A stretch of DNA of 64,000 nucleotides from an uncultured delta proteobacterium (GTDB lineage Bacteria > Desulfobacterota > Zymogenia > Zymogenales > Zymogenaceae), in NCBI GenBank assembly GCA_963735595.1, contig CAVTLK010000005.1, positions 103,760 to 167,759 on the forward strand, written 5' to 3'. How positions within the stretch are numbered: position 1 is the first letter of the stretch; each line of letters begins with the position of its first letter. Made by a program: the position numbers and the translations under genes. The notes under the pieces are model-generated. The model was not told the origin of the DNA. It did not search any database and was given only the letters and a program-made list of their open reading frames with translations. Of the stretch, positions 1 to 9,442 are shown one piece after another.

Positions 1-231
1 GTGGTATAGTACGTATGGTATTGAGCGCCCTGGTCTTATCTCCCGCGGGTCGTATCGCGGCCCCGATTCGTTCCATCCCGAACGGATAGTATCAAAAACG
101 GGGAAATTTGGCAATATATAAACACATTTTAGGAAGAAAAAAGGGAGATGTCAAGTAAAAAGTAGAAATAATTTATTATTACCTTTATTTTTGTGTCGCA
201 CAAAACGGTAAGGGTAGCAAACGGCCGCCGC

Positions 232-1002
232 TCAGTTGATATCGGTGGGCGGGGCGGTATGCATCAGGAATGCGCCGTCTGTGAGGAACGCGCGCGCGTT
301 TGTTATGGTGTCGTCATAGAAGCAGATGAGGTTATGGATGTGATCCAGGAGCAGAAAGTCGGATGCCTCGGGCAGATAGGCTGATCGGACGGCGACGATG
401 CCGTCATCGTCGCCGGGAATGAAGATCGAATACCCCTGCCCGTCTCCCTTTCCTCCAGTGATGACTCCGAATTCCACGGCGGGCGCCCCGCCGCAGAGCG
501 CGCATAAATAATCGGGGCCCTGGGCCATCTCCATCAGCGCCGGGCCAAGGACCCTGTCGGCCAGCGGGAAGCGCGCCGCCAACTCCGCCTTGGTAACGCC
601 GCGGTTTGGCGTGGCGATCATCACCAGGCGCCTCGCCTGGGGCGGGTGGTATTTAGCCAGGTAACAACGGGCGACCAGCCCCCCCATGCTATGGGTGATG
701 AAGTCAAGCTCGTATGGACCGGTAATGCCTTCCGTCCCCCGCTCAATGACCCCTGCCAGGTAATCGGCGCATTCTTCTATGCTCATGGTAACGCTCGGGT
801 AGGTCTTGTTGATCACCACGTATCCCTCGCTGATGAGCTGTTTCTCCATGAAATAGAGGTGGAAACGGGTGTCCATAAAGCCGTGAACGAGGACGACAAC
901 CCTGACCGGCTGTTCGGCGGCCCGTGCCGTCGATGGGGCCGGGAGTGCCGATAAAAGCAGCATAATCGGAATGATCGTAATGATGGATTTTATGTGTCTC
1001 AC
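232..1002 (-). CDS. secreted alpha/beta-hydrolase (lipase/esterase-like)
   Basis: 256-aa ORF with an N-terminal signal peptide ([28 protein letters not shown]), the nucleophile-elbow motif G-H-S-M-G-G ([13 protein letters not shown]), and an HGF oxyanion-like motif (VLVHGF). These are typical of lipase/PGAP1-like alpha/beta hydrolases. Confidence 0.7.
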   Translation of the reverse strand: MRHIKSIITIIPIMLLLSALPAPSTARAAEQPVRVVVLVHGFMDTRFHLYFMEKQLISEGYVVINKTYPSVTMSIEECADYLAGVIERGTEGITGPYELDFITHSMGGLVARCYLAKYHPPQARRLVMIATPNRGVTKAELAARFPLADRVLGPALMEMAQGPDYLCALCGGAPAVEFGVITGGKGDGQGYSIFIPGDDDGIVAVRSAYLPEASDFLLLDHIHNLICFYDDTITNARAFLTDGAFLMHTAPPTDIN

Positions 1003-1123
1003 CGTATGTCCTTCAATTGTATTTTTACATTCTACCGTCCTTTTGTCCGGCCGTCAAATAGTCTTGAAAACAATAGGCCGGTATGGTACGATTTTACAAT
1101 TACCACGGGGGAGGTGGCCGGTA

Positions 1124-2104
1124 ATGTTTCCGGTAACCAGGATGAGACGTCTCAGGACGAAAGAGCCGATCCGGCGCATGGTCGAGGAAACGACATTAAC
1201 TGCCGCCGATTTCATCTATCCGATGTTTGTCGTTTTCGGCGCGGGCAAGAAGGAGGAAATCTCCGCCATGCCCGGTGTCTTCCGCCTCTCGACCGACCGG
1301 CTGGTTCGGGAGGCAGAACGGGTGTGGCGCCTCGGGGTCAGGGCCGTGCTGCTCTTCGGTATCCCCGAGACAAAGGACGAGATGGGAAGCTCCGGGTATG
1401 ATGACGACGGGGTCGTGCAGAACGCGGTAAGGGCGCTCAAAGGCGCTCTCCCCGACCTCGTGGTCATCACGGACGTTTGCCTCTGCGAGTATATGAGCCA
1501 CGGCCACTGCGGTATCGTGGCCGACGGCACTATCGTCAACGACCCTACGGTGGAGCTGCTTGCCCGTATAGCCGTCACGCACGCCCGGGCCGGGGCCGAC
1601 ATCGTGGCGCCGTCGGACATGATGGACGGGAGGATCGGGTCAATCAGACGCGCCCTGGACGAGGAGGGGTATGCCGATACGGCGATTATGTCGTACGCGG
1701 CCAAATACGCGTCGGGATTCTACGGGCCCTTCCGGGAGGCCGCGGGGTCCGCTCCCTCCTTTGGGGACCGCCGCTCTCACCAGATGGACCCCCCCAACGT
1801 ACGAGAAGCACTGCGGGAGGTGGCGCTGGACGTCGAGGAAGGGGCGGATATTATCATGGTAAAACCCGCGCTGGCATACCTTGACGTAATCTCGCTGGTC
1901 AGGGATCGTTTTGACCTGCCGATCGCGGCCTACAGTGTGAGCGGTGAATATGCGATGGTCAAGGCGGCGGCAAACAACGGATGGATAGACGGCGAGCGCG
2001 TCATGATGGAAATCCTGGTATCCATCAAGCGGGCAGGGGCGGATCTGATCATTTCATATTTCGCGCCCGAGGCGGCCGAAATCCTGTCGCGGCCGGCATC
2101 GTAA
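1124..2104 (+). CDS. hemB: porphobilinogen synthase (delta-aminolevulinic acid dehydratase)
   Basis: 327 aa starting at ATG 1124 with GGAGG 12-16 nt upstream. Cys-rich zinc site [14 protein letters not shown] and active-site lysine regions ([25 protein letters not shown]), characteristic of the HemB family. The long ORF from 971 is an N-terminal over-extension. Confidence 0.9.
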   Translation: MFPVTRMRRLRTKEPIRRMVEETTLTAADFIYPMFVVFGAGKKEEISAMPGVFRLSTDRLVREAERVWRLGVRAVLLFGIPETKDEMGSSGYDDDGVVQNAVRALKGALPDLVVITDVCLCEYMSHGHCGIVADGTIVNDPTVELLARIAVTHARAGADIVAPSDMMDGRIGSIRRALDEEGYADTAIMSYAAKYASGFYGPFREAAGSAPSFGDRRSHQMDPPNVREALREVALDVEEGADIIMVKPALAYLDVISLVRDRFDLPIAAYSVSGEYAMVKAAANNGWIDGERVMMEILVSIKRAGADLIISYFAPEAAEILSRPAS

Positions 2105-3228
2105 TGCTTACAACGAAGACGGCACCATCAATCGGTTCGGTCCCGCCGTTGAGGCTCGTTGCCTGGGAGCTGACGCGGTCGTGCAACCTTGCCTGTGCCC
2201 ATTGCCGGGCGTCGGCCCAGCGGGGGCCGTACCCGGGGGAGCTGTCCACCCGGCGGTCGCTTGAGCTCCTCTCGGAAATCGCGTCCTTCTCGTCGCCCAT
2301 CATTATCCTTACCGGGGGCGAGCCGTTGTTAAGGGACGACCTCTTTGCCATCGCCCGCCGGGGAACGGACCTCGGCCTGAGGATGGTGCTGGCAACCAAC
2401 GGGACGCTTTTGGAACGCCAGACCGTCCGTCGGCTCATCGATGCCGGGGTAGCCCGTATCTCTATTTCCATCGACGGCAAGGACGAGCGCTCTCACGATA
2501 ACCTCCGGGGGGTGGCCGGGGCATTTTCCGGGGCGCTTTTCGGAATCGAGAACGCCAAGCGTGAGGGCCTCTCGTTTCAGGTCAACACGACCATCACCAA
2601 GCGCAACGTCGCCGAGCTTTCCGAGATCGAGGACCTTGTCGGGCGACTCGGGGCCGACGCCCACCACCTGTTCCTCCTGGTTCCCACGGGCCGCGGCGCC
2701 GATATGGCCGGGGCCGGCGACTCACTGGTCGCCAAGGAGTACGAGGAGGTGCTCGGCCGGATATACCGTTACGAGATGAGCGCTCCGTATCCCGTCAAGG
2801 TCACGTGTGCCCCCCAGTACATGAGGATACGGCGTGAGACGGCCGACAGGGAGGGTACGGTCATCCGGGACGGCGGGCACGGATTTACGGCCTCCACGCG
2901 GGGATGCCTGGGCGGCATATCGTTTCTCTTTATCTCGCACGACGGAACGACCCAGCCCTGCGGATACCTCGAAGTAACCGGCGGCAACGTCACCGAGACC
3001 CCCATCAGGGATATCTGGGAACGGGCCGACGTATTCCGCCGGCTCAGGGACTACTCACAGCTGAAGGGAAAATGCGGCGTCTGCGAGCACGTGGATATCT
3101 GCGGCGGGTGCAGGGCGCGGGCGCTCTTTGCCCACGGCGACTACCTCGCCCAGGAGCCGTTCTGCCCCTATGTTCCCGGCAAGAAAAAGAAAGGGACGCA
3201 TCCTCCCGCGGCCACGTCGGGTTCGTAG
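2104..3228 (+). CDS. radical SAM/SPASM-domain protein, AhbD/NirJ-like (putative heme synthase of the siroheme-dependent pathway)
   Basis: CxxxCxxC radical SAM motif (CNLACAHC) near the N-terminus and a C-terminal SPASM Cys cluster (CGVCEHVDICGGCRARA). Its ATG overlaps the hemB stop (TAATG), implying translational coupling with a heme gene. The ORF-track start at 1981 is an in-frame over-extension. Confidence 0.75.
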   Translation: MLTTKTAPSIGSVPPLRLVAWELTRSCNLACAHCRASAQRGPYPGELSTRRSLELLSEIASFSSPIIILTGGEPLLRDDLFAIARRGTDLGLRMVLATNGTLLERQTVRRLIDAGVARISISIDGKDERSHDNLRGVAGAFSGALFGIENAKREGLSFQVNTTITKRNVAELSEIEDLVGRLGADAHHLFLLVPTGRGADMAGAGDSLVAKEYEEVLGRIYRYEMSAPYPVKVTCAPQYMRIRRETADREGTVIRDGGHGFTASTRGCLGGISFLFISHDGTTQPCGYLEVTGGNVTETPIRDIWERADVFRRLRDYSQLKGKCGVCEHVDICGGCRARALFAHGDYLAQEPFCPYVPGKKKKGTHPPAATSGS

Positions 3229-3248
3229 GGCGGCCCTATCCTGTACGG

Positions 3249-3281
3249 GCCGCATCCGGGGTGCGGCTGCGGCTTGTTTTT
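3249..3281 (+). terminator. possible rho-independent terminator after the hemB-ahbD operon
   Basis: GCCGCA (3249-3254) pairs with TGCGGC (3262-3267) around loop TCCGGGG, followed by a T-rich tract (ttgttttta 3274-3282). Confidence 0.35.
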
Positions 3282-3434
3282 ACCGCGGCGCCCAGCCGGC
3301 GACAATGATGAGGTATCCGGGCGAGCCGTGTATATACAATATCTTGTGGTTAGATTGACGCCAAGGGGCTATATATAAGTTTTTCACTTTACAATCCGTT
3401 CGGGTTGTGTTAAAGATAGTAGCGACACGGAATT

Positions 3435-6400
3435 ATGAAACTGAAAAAATTAGACATCATCGGCTTCAAGTCATTCATCGATAAGGTCACGCTCGCCTTT
3501 CCCGACGGTGTTACCGCTATTGTCGGCCCAAACGGCTCCGGAAAATCGAACCTGATGGACGCAATCAAGTGGGCCCTCGGCGAGCAGAGCGCAAAGACGC
3601 TCAGGGGCAAGTCGATGGAGGACGTCATCTTCAACGGCTCCCGCGAAAAAAAACCTCTCGGGATGGCGGAGGTAACCCTTACCTTCGGCAATATCGACGG
3701 GAACCTGCCGCACAGCTTTTCGCATTACCACGAGATCACCATCCGCCGCCGTATCTACCGCTCGGGAGAAAGCGAATACTTCCTTAACAAGACACCCTGC
3801 CGCCTCAAGGATATCACCGACCTGTTTATGGGAACGGGTGTCGGTTCCAAGGCATACTCGATGATCGCACAGGGCCAGATCGGTGACCTGGTCACCGCCC
3901 GGCCGCTCGACCGGCGCAGCATTATCGAGGAGGTCGCCGGCATCACCAAGTATAAGGCCAAGAAGATTGAGTCCCAGCGGAAGATGGAGGCGACCCAGAC
4001 CAATCTGCTGCGCGTCGGAGACATCATCGGGGAGGTAAAACGGCAGATGGACTCCCTCTCCCAACAGGCCAGGAAGGCCGAGGAATACAAGGTCCTCAAG
4101 ACGGACGTGAAGCGTCTGGAACTGATCGCCGCCGCCCGGCACTTCATCCGGCTTGCCGAAACCATCAATCGGACGGGGCAGGCGCTGACCGAGAAAGAGC
4201 GTGAAGAGACACTCCTGTCCACCCGCCTGACGGTGCTGGAGGCGGCCATAGAACAGGAGAAGACGGCCTCGCTGGAAAAGGAAGAATCGTTCTCGGAGAT
4301 CCAGAAGAGCTTTTACATCAACGAAACCGAGATCAAGACCCTCGAACAGAAGATCGATCACCTCAAGGAGCGGATCGCGCTGACCAACAACCAGAACGGT
4401 ATCTTCGGGCGGGATATCGACGAGCTGACCCGCTTGATCGAGGAAAACACGCTCCGCCTTGAACAAACCGGTCAGCAAATTGCCGAATGCGACCGGGATT
4501 CTGTTTCCCATCAACAGAAGGTGGAGATTGTCGAGAATAAGATCGCGGCCCTGGCCGCGGTAATAGACGACCTGACCGCCCGATGGGAATCCATCCGGGA
4601 AAACCAGATGGCTGAGGCGTCCCATATCGCCCGGATCAACAACACGATCTCATCAGCGGAGAAATGGATCGAGCGATCAGAGCAGGATATCGAGAAAAAG
4701 AAAAATGAGCTTGAGACTATCTCCGAAGAACAGACGAGGCTTGCCGGCGCGCTGACGGGGATTCGTTCGGAGAAACAGCAGAAACAGCACGAACACGATC
4801 AAATGGCCGCCGACCTTTCCCGGATTCAGGGGGACGTCGGCCGGCATAAGGACCGGGAGGCCCAATTGACCGCTGATCACCGGCGGGCCGAGGAATCGCT
4901 GACCAAGGCAACCCTGAGAATTGATTCCCTTGCCGAGATGGAGAAGAGCTTCGAGGGCCTCACCGAAGGAACCAAGAGCGTTATGACCGGGGACCGGCAG
5001 GGCGTTCTCGGAATTTTCGCCGATTTCATCGAATCGGACGAGCGCCACGAAAAGGCCCTGGAAGGCTACCTCGGTGAGGCGGTCTCGGCGGTGGTCGTCA
5101 GGGGCCCGAAGGACGCCAGGGACCACATCGATCGGCTCAAGGGCTCCGGGTCTGGCCGGGCCGTGTTTATTCCCGTCGGGTCGATGAGACGAAGCTCCGG
5201 CGATGACGCCGCGTCGGCCGACGGCGCCATGGGAAGGCTCGCGGACTTTGTTACGGTAAAGGGGTCAGACGCGGATATCCTCAAGGCCCTGCTGGCCGGT
5301 GCGTTCCTTACCGCCGACCTGGGGCAGGCCATCGACATCTGGGAATCGCGGCGACCCAACGCCACCCTCGTAACCCTCGAAGGGGAAGTGCTGACCCGCG
5401 ACGGGCTCATTTTCGGGGGAAGCCGCCGGCAGCAGTTCTCGCTATTGAGAAACAAGCGGGAGAAAAAGACCCTTACCGAAGAACTGGAGGCGATCAAAAA
5501 AGAACTTGCCCATCACGATAACGAGCTGCAGAATGCCACATCGGCCCTGGCAGAAGGCCAGAAGCAGGAAAAGGCGCTCGAGGCCGAGCTAACCTCCCTC
5601 AAGATCCAAATCGAAAAGCTCGACGGGCAGATCGCTTCCGATGAGCGGGAAGAGCAGCGGCTTTCGAAGGCCCATCACATGCTTTCCTCGGAGATGGAGC
5701 GCGACCGGGCCGAGGTCGTGCGCCTGAAACAGGAACTGGAAGAATCAATGACCGCCCTGGTTGAGGCAGAGAAAAGGGAGCAGGAGCTAAAGGTGACCGC
5801 CGAAGGCGCCAAGTGGGACCTTACGCAGCAACAGCAGGAGATGAAGCGGCTTGAAGACGAGGAGACCGAGATCAGGCTGTCCGCCCAGACCGCCCAGGAC
5901 GCCAAGCGGCACCTCATGTCTTCGGTGGAGGAGTTCAACAGACAGGTCGCCCGGGCCCAAAGGGATCAGGAAAACAAGCGAAAGGCCGTTCAGGACGGCG
6001 TGGGAGAGATGGAGGAGTATACCCGGAGGATCGCCGAGACCGAGCAGTACCTGTACGGCGCCATAGAACAAGCCAAGCTCATCGAGGACAGGATGCGTGA
6101 CGCCCGGGCGCAGCTGGACGCCGCGGGCCTCAAACAGCACGACCTGGACGAGGAGAGGCGGCAGCTGGCCAAGACCCTCTCCTCCATCCGGGAGGAGGTC
6201 CAGCGCAACCGGGACGCGGTAAAGGAGCAGGCCTTCGAACAGGAGAACCTGACCACGCGTATTCGGGAGCGGCATCAGGAAGATTTGAGGGAGGTCCATT
6301 CGGAATACCTGACCGAAGAGATAACCGACGAAGAGCTCACTGCCAGACGTGAGGCGGCCCAGAGAAAGATCGAACGATTCGGCGAGGTAAACCTCATGGC

Positions 6401-6974
6401 GCTCTCGGAATACAATACGCTGGCAGAGCGGTTCGAATTTCTCAAGACGCAAGAAACCGACCTCGTGACGTCACTTGACTCGCTTGCGGATACCATCAAA
6501 CGAATCGATCGAAAATCACGGGAGCGGTTCACGGCGGCGTTTGAAGAGATCAATGAGAAATTCAAGGACGTCTTTGCGAGGCTCTTGCCGGGCGGCCGCG
6601 CGCGGCTCATCCTGACCGATGAATCCGATCCTCTCGAGAGCGGCGTTGATATCCTGGCCCAACCGGTGGGCAAGCGGCTGTCAAGCATTACGCTACTTTC
6701 CGGCGGTGAGAAGGCCCTGACCGCCATCGCGCTGATATTCGCCGTTTTCATGGTAAAACCCACCCCGTTTTGTATAATGGATGAAATGGACGCGCCGCTG
6801 GACGACATCAATACCGAGCGCATCATCGATCTCCTCAAGGAGATATCCCTGTCTTCGCAGGTTATCCTGATTACCCATAACAAAAAGACCATGGAGATGG
6901 CCGATACCCTGTACGGGCTTACCATGGAAGAGCCGGGGGTGTCCAAGACCGTTTCGGTGAAGCTGACCGCATAA
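3435..6974 (+). CDS. smc: chromosome segregation protein SMC
   Basis: 1179-aa ORF with an N-terminal Walker A (GPNGSGKSN), long coiled-coil regions, and a C-terminal ABC signature (LSGGEKALTAIALIFA) with Walker B (CIMDEMDAPLD). Confidence 0.95.
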   Translation: MKLKKLDIIGFKSFIDKVTLAFPDGVTAIVGPNGSGKSNLMDAIKWALGEQSAKTLRGKSMEDVIFNGSREKKPLGMAEVTLTFGNIDGNLPHSFSHYHEITIRRRIYRSGESEYFLNKTPCRLKDITDLFMGTGVGSKAYSMIAQGQIGDLVTARPLDRRSIIEEVAGITKYKAKKIESQRKMEATQTNLLRVGDIIGEVKRQMDSLSQQARKAEEYKVLKTDVKRLELIAAARHFIRLAETINRTGQALTEKEREETLLSTRLTVLEAAIEQEKTASLEKEESFSEIQKSFYINETEIKTLEQKIDHLKERIALTNNQNGIFGRDIDELTRLIEENTLRLEQTGQQIAECDRDSVSHQQKVEIVENKIAALAAVIDDLTARWESIRENQMAEASHIARINNTISSAEKWIERSEQDIEKKKNELETISEEQTRLAGALTGIRSEKQQKQHEHDQMAADLSRIQGDVGRHKDREAQLTADHRRAEESLTKATLRIDSLAEMEKSFEGLTEGTKSVMTGDRQGVLGIFADFIESDERHEKALEGYLGEAVSAVVVRGPKDARDHIDRLKGSGSGRAVFIPVGSMRRSSGDDAASADGAMGRLADFVTVKGSDADILKALLAGAFLTADLGQAIDIWESRRPNATLVTLEGEVLTRDGLIFGGSRRQQFSLLRNKREKKTLTEELEAIKKELAHHDNELQNATSALAEGQKQEKALEAELTSLKIQIEKLDGQIASDEREEQRLSKAHHMLSSEMERDRAEVVRLKQELEESMTALVEAEKREQELKVTAEGAKWDLTQQQQEMKRLEDEETEIRLSAQTAQDAKRHLMSSVEEFNRQVARAQRDQENKRKAVQDGVGEMEEYTRRIAETEQYLYGAIEQAKLIEDRMRDARAQLDAAGLKQHDLDEERRQLAKTLSSIREEVQRNRDAVKEQAFEQENLTTRIRERHQEDLREVHSEYLTEEITDEELTARREAAQRKIERFGEVNLMALSEYNTLAERFEFLKTQETDLVTSLDSLADTIKRIDRKSRERFTAAFEEINEKFKDVFARLLPGGRARLILTDESDPLESGVDILAQPVGKRLSSITLLSGGEKALTAIALIFAVFMVKPTPFCIMDEMDAPLDDINTERIIDLLKEISLSSQVILITHNKKTMEMADTLYGLTMEEPGVSKTVSVKLTA

Positions 6975-6986
6975 AAGGGGGAGCCG

Positions 6987-7346
6987 ATGCTGTTTTTCGA
7001 TACGATCAAACGGCTTGTTGATGAGATCCCGCAGGCGTCAGGTTGCATCATGGTGGACCGGCACGGAGATGAAATCATCACGTTTGCTCCCGAAAACGAC
7101 TTCCAGATGAAGCTGCTGGGGGCCCACATGGTTCTTATCCACCAGAAGCTTGCCGCGATAGAAAGGCGGATGGAAACGGGAAAGCATCGCGAGGTCTTTA
7201 TCAGGACGGACAATATCTACGTTATTACCACCCAGCTGCCGGACGGCAACTACCTCGTGTTGCGCCTGTCCCCGACCCCGTTGATCTCGCTTTCGCTCGA
7301 AAGGCTCCGAAAAGCGATCGTCGACATTATCGAAGAGGGCCAATGA
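6987..7346 (+). CDS. roadblock/LC7-like small protein (MglB-like fold)
   Basis: 119 aa with the roadblock-type hydrophobic pattern (GCIMVDRHGDEII...IYVITTQLPDGNYLVLRLS), similar in pattern to the roadblock protein at 23929. Its TGA stop overlaps the ftsY ATG (ATGA at 7343-7346). Confidence 0.5.
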   Translation: MLFFDTIKRLVDEIPQASGCIMVDRHGDEIITFAPENDFQMKLLGAHMVLIHQKLAAIERRMETGKHREVFIRTDNIYVITTQLPDGNYLVLRLSPTPLISLSLERLRKAIVDIIEEGQ

Positions 7347-8278
7347 GCGGCAAGGGGCTCATCTCGTCGCTATTCAAAGGGCTTTCAAAGACCCGCCAGG
7401 GCTTTACCGATCGGCTCGATACCCTGATCTCGGGGGCGCACGGCCTGGACGAGGGGCTTTATGATGAGATCGAAGAGCTCCTGGTAACCGCCGACATCGG
7501 CCTTCCACTGACCCAGAAGATTCTCGAGGAGCTCTCGGTGTGGGCTGGAAAGAATTCCATGAACAGGGCCGAGGGTACACTCCGGATAAAGGAATCGCTG
7601 TTGTCGGTCCTCGAGGGCAGCGAGGCAACCATACAGGCAAGCGACGAACCTCCCACGGTTGTCCTTGTCGTGGGGGTAAACGGCACCGGAAAAACCACCA
7701 CGATCGCCAAGGTTGCGCGCCATTTGATCGGCAACGGCAGGAGCGTACTGCTTGCGGCCGGGGATACGTTTCGTGACGCGGCCGTTGAGCAGCTCTCGGT
7801 ATGGGGCGACCGCCTCGGCGTCGAGGTCATTGCCCAAAAACAGGGGGCGGACCCCGCCGCTGTCGCCTTTGATGCGCTGGTCCGGGCCCAGACCCGGGGG
7901 ATTGACTACCTCTTCGTCGATACGGCGGGGAGGCTCCACACCAAGTACAATCTTGTCGAGGAACTCAAAAAGATAAAGCGGGTGCTGAAGGACCGGATGC
8001 CCTCGGCCCCCCATGAGACGCTCCTCGTGCTGGATGCCGGGATAGGCCAGAACAATATCGCCCAGGCCAGGAAATTTAACGAAGAGGTCGGGATTACGGG
8101 TATCGTCCTGACAAAACTGGACGGCAGCGCCAAGGGTGGCGCGATTTTTCCCCTCTTTGCGGATCTCAGAATCCCCATTAAGTACGTCGGTGTCGGAGAA
8201 GGCGCCGACGATCTTATGCCGTTTGACCGGCACAGTTTCGTGGAGGCGCTCTTTTCTACGGAAGCCGATGCCGCTTGA
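7343..8278 (+). CDS. ftsY: signal recognition particle receptor FtsY
   Basis: SRP-GTPase NG domain with G1 GVNGTGKTTT, DTAGR and TKLDGSAKGG motifs. The canonical position downstream of smc is consistent. Confidence 0.95.
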   Translation: MSGKGLISSLFKGLSKTRQGFTDRLDTLISGAHGLDEGLYDEIEELLVTADIGLPLTQKILEELSVWAGKNSMNRAEGTLRIKESLLSVLEGSEATIQASDEPPTVVLVVGVNGTGKTTTIAKVARHLIGNGRSVLLAAGDTFRDAAVEQLSVWGDRLGVEVIAQKQGADPAAVAFDALVRAQTRGIDYLFVDTAGRLHTKYNLVEELKKIKRVLKDRMPSAPHETLLVLDAGIGQNNIAQARKFNEEVGITGIVLTKLDGSAKGGAIFPLFADLRIPIKYVGVGEGADDLMPFDRHSFVEALFSTEADAA

Positions 8279-8316
8279 CTCTGACCCATAAAACCGCACA
8301 CCTAAACAAATAATTC

Positions 8317-8345
8317 TTGACTTTTCCCCCCCATAATTTCATAAT
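8317..8345 (+). promoter_or_regulatory. sigma70-type promoter (TTGACT-17-CATAAT)
   Basis: -35 TTGACT at 8317-8322, a 17-nt spacer, and -10 CATAAT at 8340-8345, inside an AT-rich patch in the 590-bp intergenic region. Confidence 0.4.
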
Positions 8346-8351
8346 AAGATT

Positions 8352-8510
8352 AAGGTGTGGGATAACGTTCCACGGTCAGCCCGCCATACGGGCTACCTCC
8401 TGGAACGGAAGCCCCCCGCAGTACGTTTTAACGCAATATGAATACATAATCAACGAGGTGTTATGGCTTTCATGCCCCCTGCCGTGTTCGTGATGGGGGG
8501 GATCTTTTTT
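8352..8510 (+). ncRNA. candidate small non-coding RNA (possible 6S RNA/ssrS by synteny with the 5-formyl-THF cyclo-ligase gene)
   Basis: The predicted TSS just after the promoter lies about 150 nt before a C5...G7 hairpin followed by T6 (8475-8510). No credible CDS is present (only a 64-aa ORF without an RBS). In E. coli and many proteobacteria ssrS sits immediately upstream of ygfA, which is the gene downstream here. Confidence 0.3.
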
Positions 8511-8872
8511 GAGCCAACAGAAACAAAACGGGGAGCCGTCTCTCGCCGCGGTGTGTATGCCTTGAAAGAGGAAACCTTAAGCGGCAACATGGCGCCCACC
8601 TGTAAAAAACAGGTTCAAATAAAACACCAACACACGGCACAGCCGCGGGGGGCATGAAGGCCCTTTAAACCGTTTTCGGCCGGTTGAACAGACAAGGGAA
8701 AGACCGTTACGATAGATGATTAAGAAGAGATACGAGGGTCGCCGGGCGACCTCCCTATTATAGACAGCACACACTCTTTCCATCTCGGTACGCTAAATCC
8801 CTATCTTTCAACCCCCCCAAAGTTTTTAACGGCCGATTGCTCACGGCGGTGCGGCGCGTGTGAGGGTCAACC

Positions 8873-9442
8873 GTGACCAAGGACGAGATCAGAAAAGAGA
8901 TCCTCACCCGGCGGCTCGGCCTGAGCGATTCCGACGTGTCTGTGAAAAGCGAGTCGATCTGCCGCCGCCTTATCTCGGACGAGGTTTTCACTGCGGCCTC
9001 CGTGATCGGCCTCTACTGGCCGTTTAGAAACGAGGTCCTGACCGAGCCCATTTTTCGGGCCGCCCGGTCCGGCCGCAAACGGGTAGGGTTTCCGCTGGCG
9101 CGCTCCGAGGATCGGGCGCTCATCTATATAGCGGTCGATGATCCTGCGGATATGGCGACGGGGAGCTACGGTATCAGGGAGCCCCGCTATATCCCCCGGC
9201 GGGTCATTCCCGCCGAGGAGTTTGACCTTATCCTCATGCCCGGCGTCGCCTTCGATACGAGGGGGTATCGCATCGGGTACGGAGGGGGATATTTCGATCG
9301 GTTTTTTGCCGATCGTTCGGTAACTGCAACGAGGGCGGCGCCGGCCTTTGATATCCAAATGGTCGATCGGGTCCCCCACAAGGAGCATGATAGGAAGGTT
9401 GACGTTATCTTTACTGAAAGCCGCGTTATCATGTGTTCGTAA
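8873..9442 (+). CDS. 5-formyltetrahydrofolate cyclo-ligase
   Basis: 189 aa with a GTG start. It carries the family motifs GYGGGYFDR and PGVAFDxxGxRIG (MTHFS/YgfA family). Confidence 0.85.
   Translation: MTKDEIRKEILTRRLGLSDSDVSVKSESICRRLISDEVFTAASVIGLYWPFRNEVLTEPIFRAARSGRKRVGFPLARSEDRALIYIAVDDPADMATGSYGIREPRYIPRRVIPAEEFDLILMPGVAFDTRGYRIGYGGGYFDRFFADRSVTATRAAPAFDIQMVDRVPHKEHDRKVDVIFTESRVIMCS

Noticed and set aside
1-231. 5S-rRNA-like or other RNA gene at the window start (ccatcccgaacgg resemblance)
   Set aside because: Only a short fortuitous similarity. No 5S helices are present, and the region is AT-rich and intergenic, downstream of the hydrolase gene.
3340-3434. Sigma70 promoter for smc (TTGACG at 3352)
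   Set aside because: No well-spaced -10 hexamer follows (the spacer would be 13 or 18 or more), so it is not reported as a feature.
3471-4625. Long antisense ORFs (for example 384 aa on the minus strand inside smc, 353 aa opposite the GH2 gene, 714 aa opposite glmM/folP, 505 aa opposite the CrtI-like gene)
   Set aside because: High-GC genomes generate long stop-free antisense frames. These proteins are low-complexity (Arg, Pro, Gly-rich) with no motifs, and they overlap strongly supported genes.
8463-8657. 64-aa ORF inside the candidate ncRNA region
   Set aside because: No RBS, atypical composition, and it overlaps the predicted terminator. It is better explained as non-coding.
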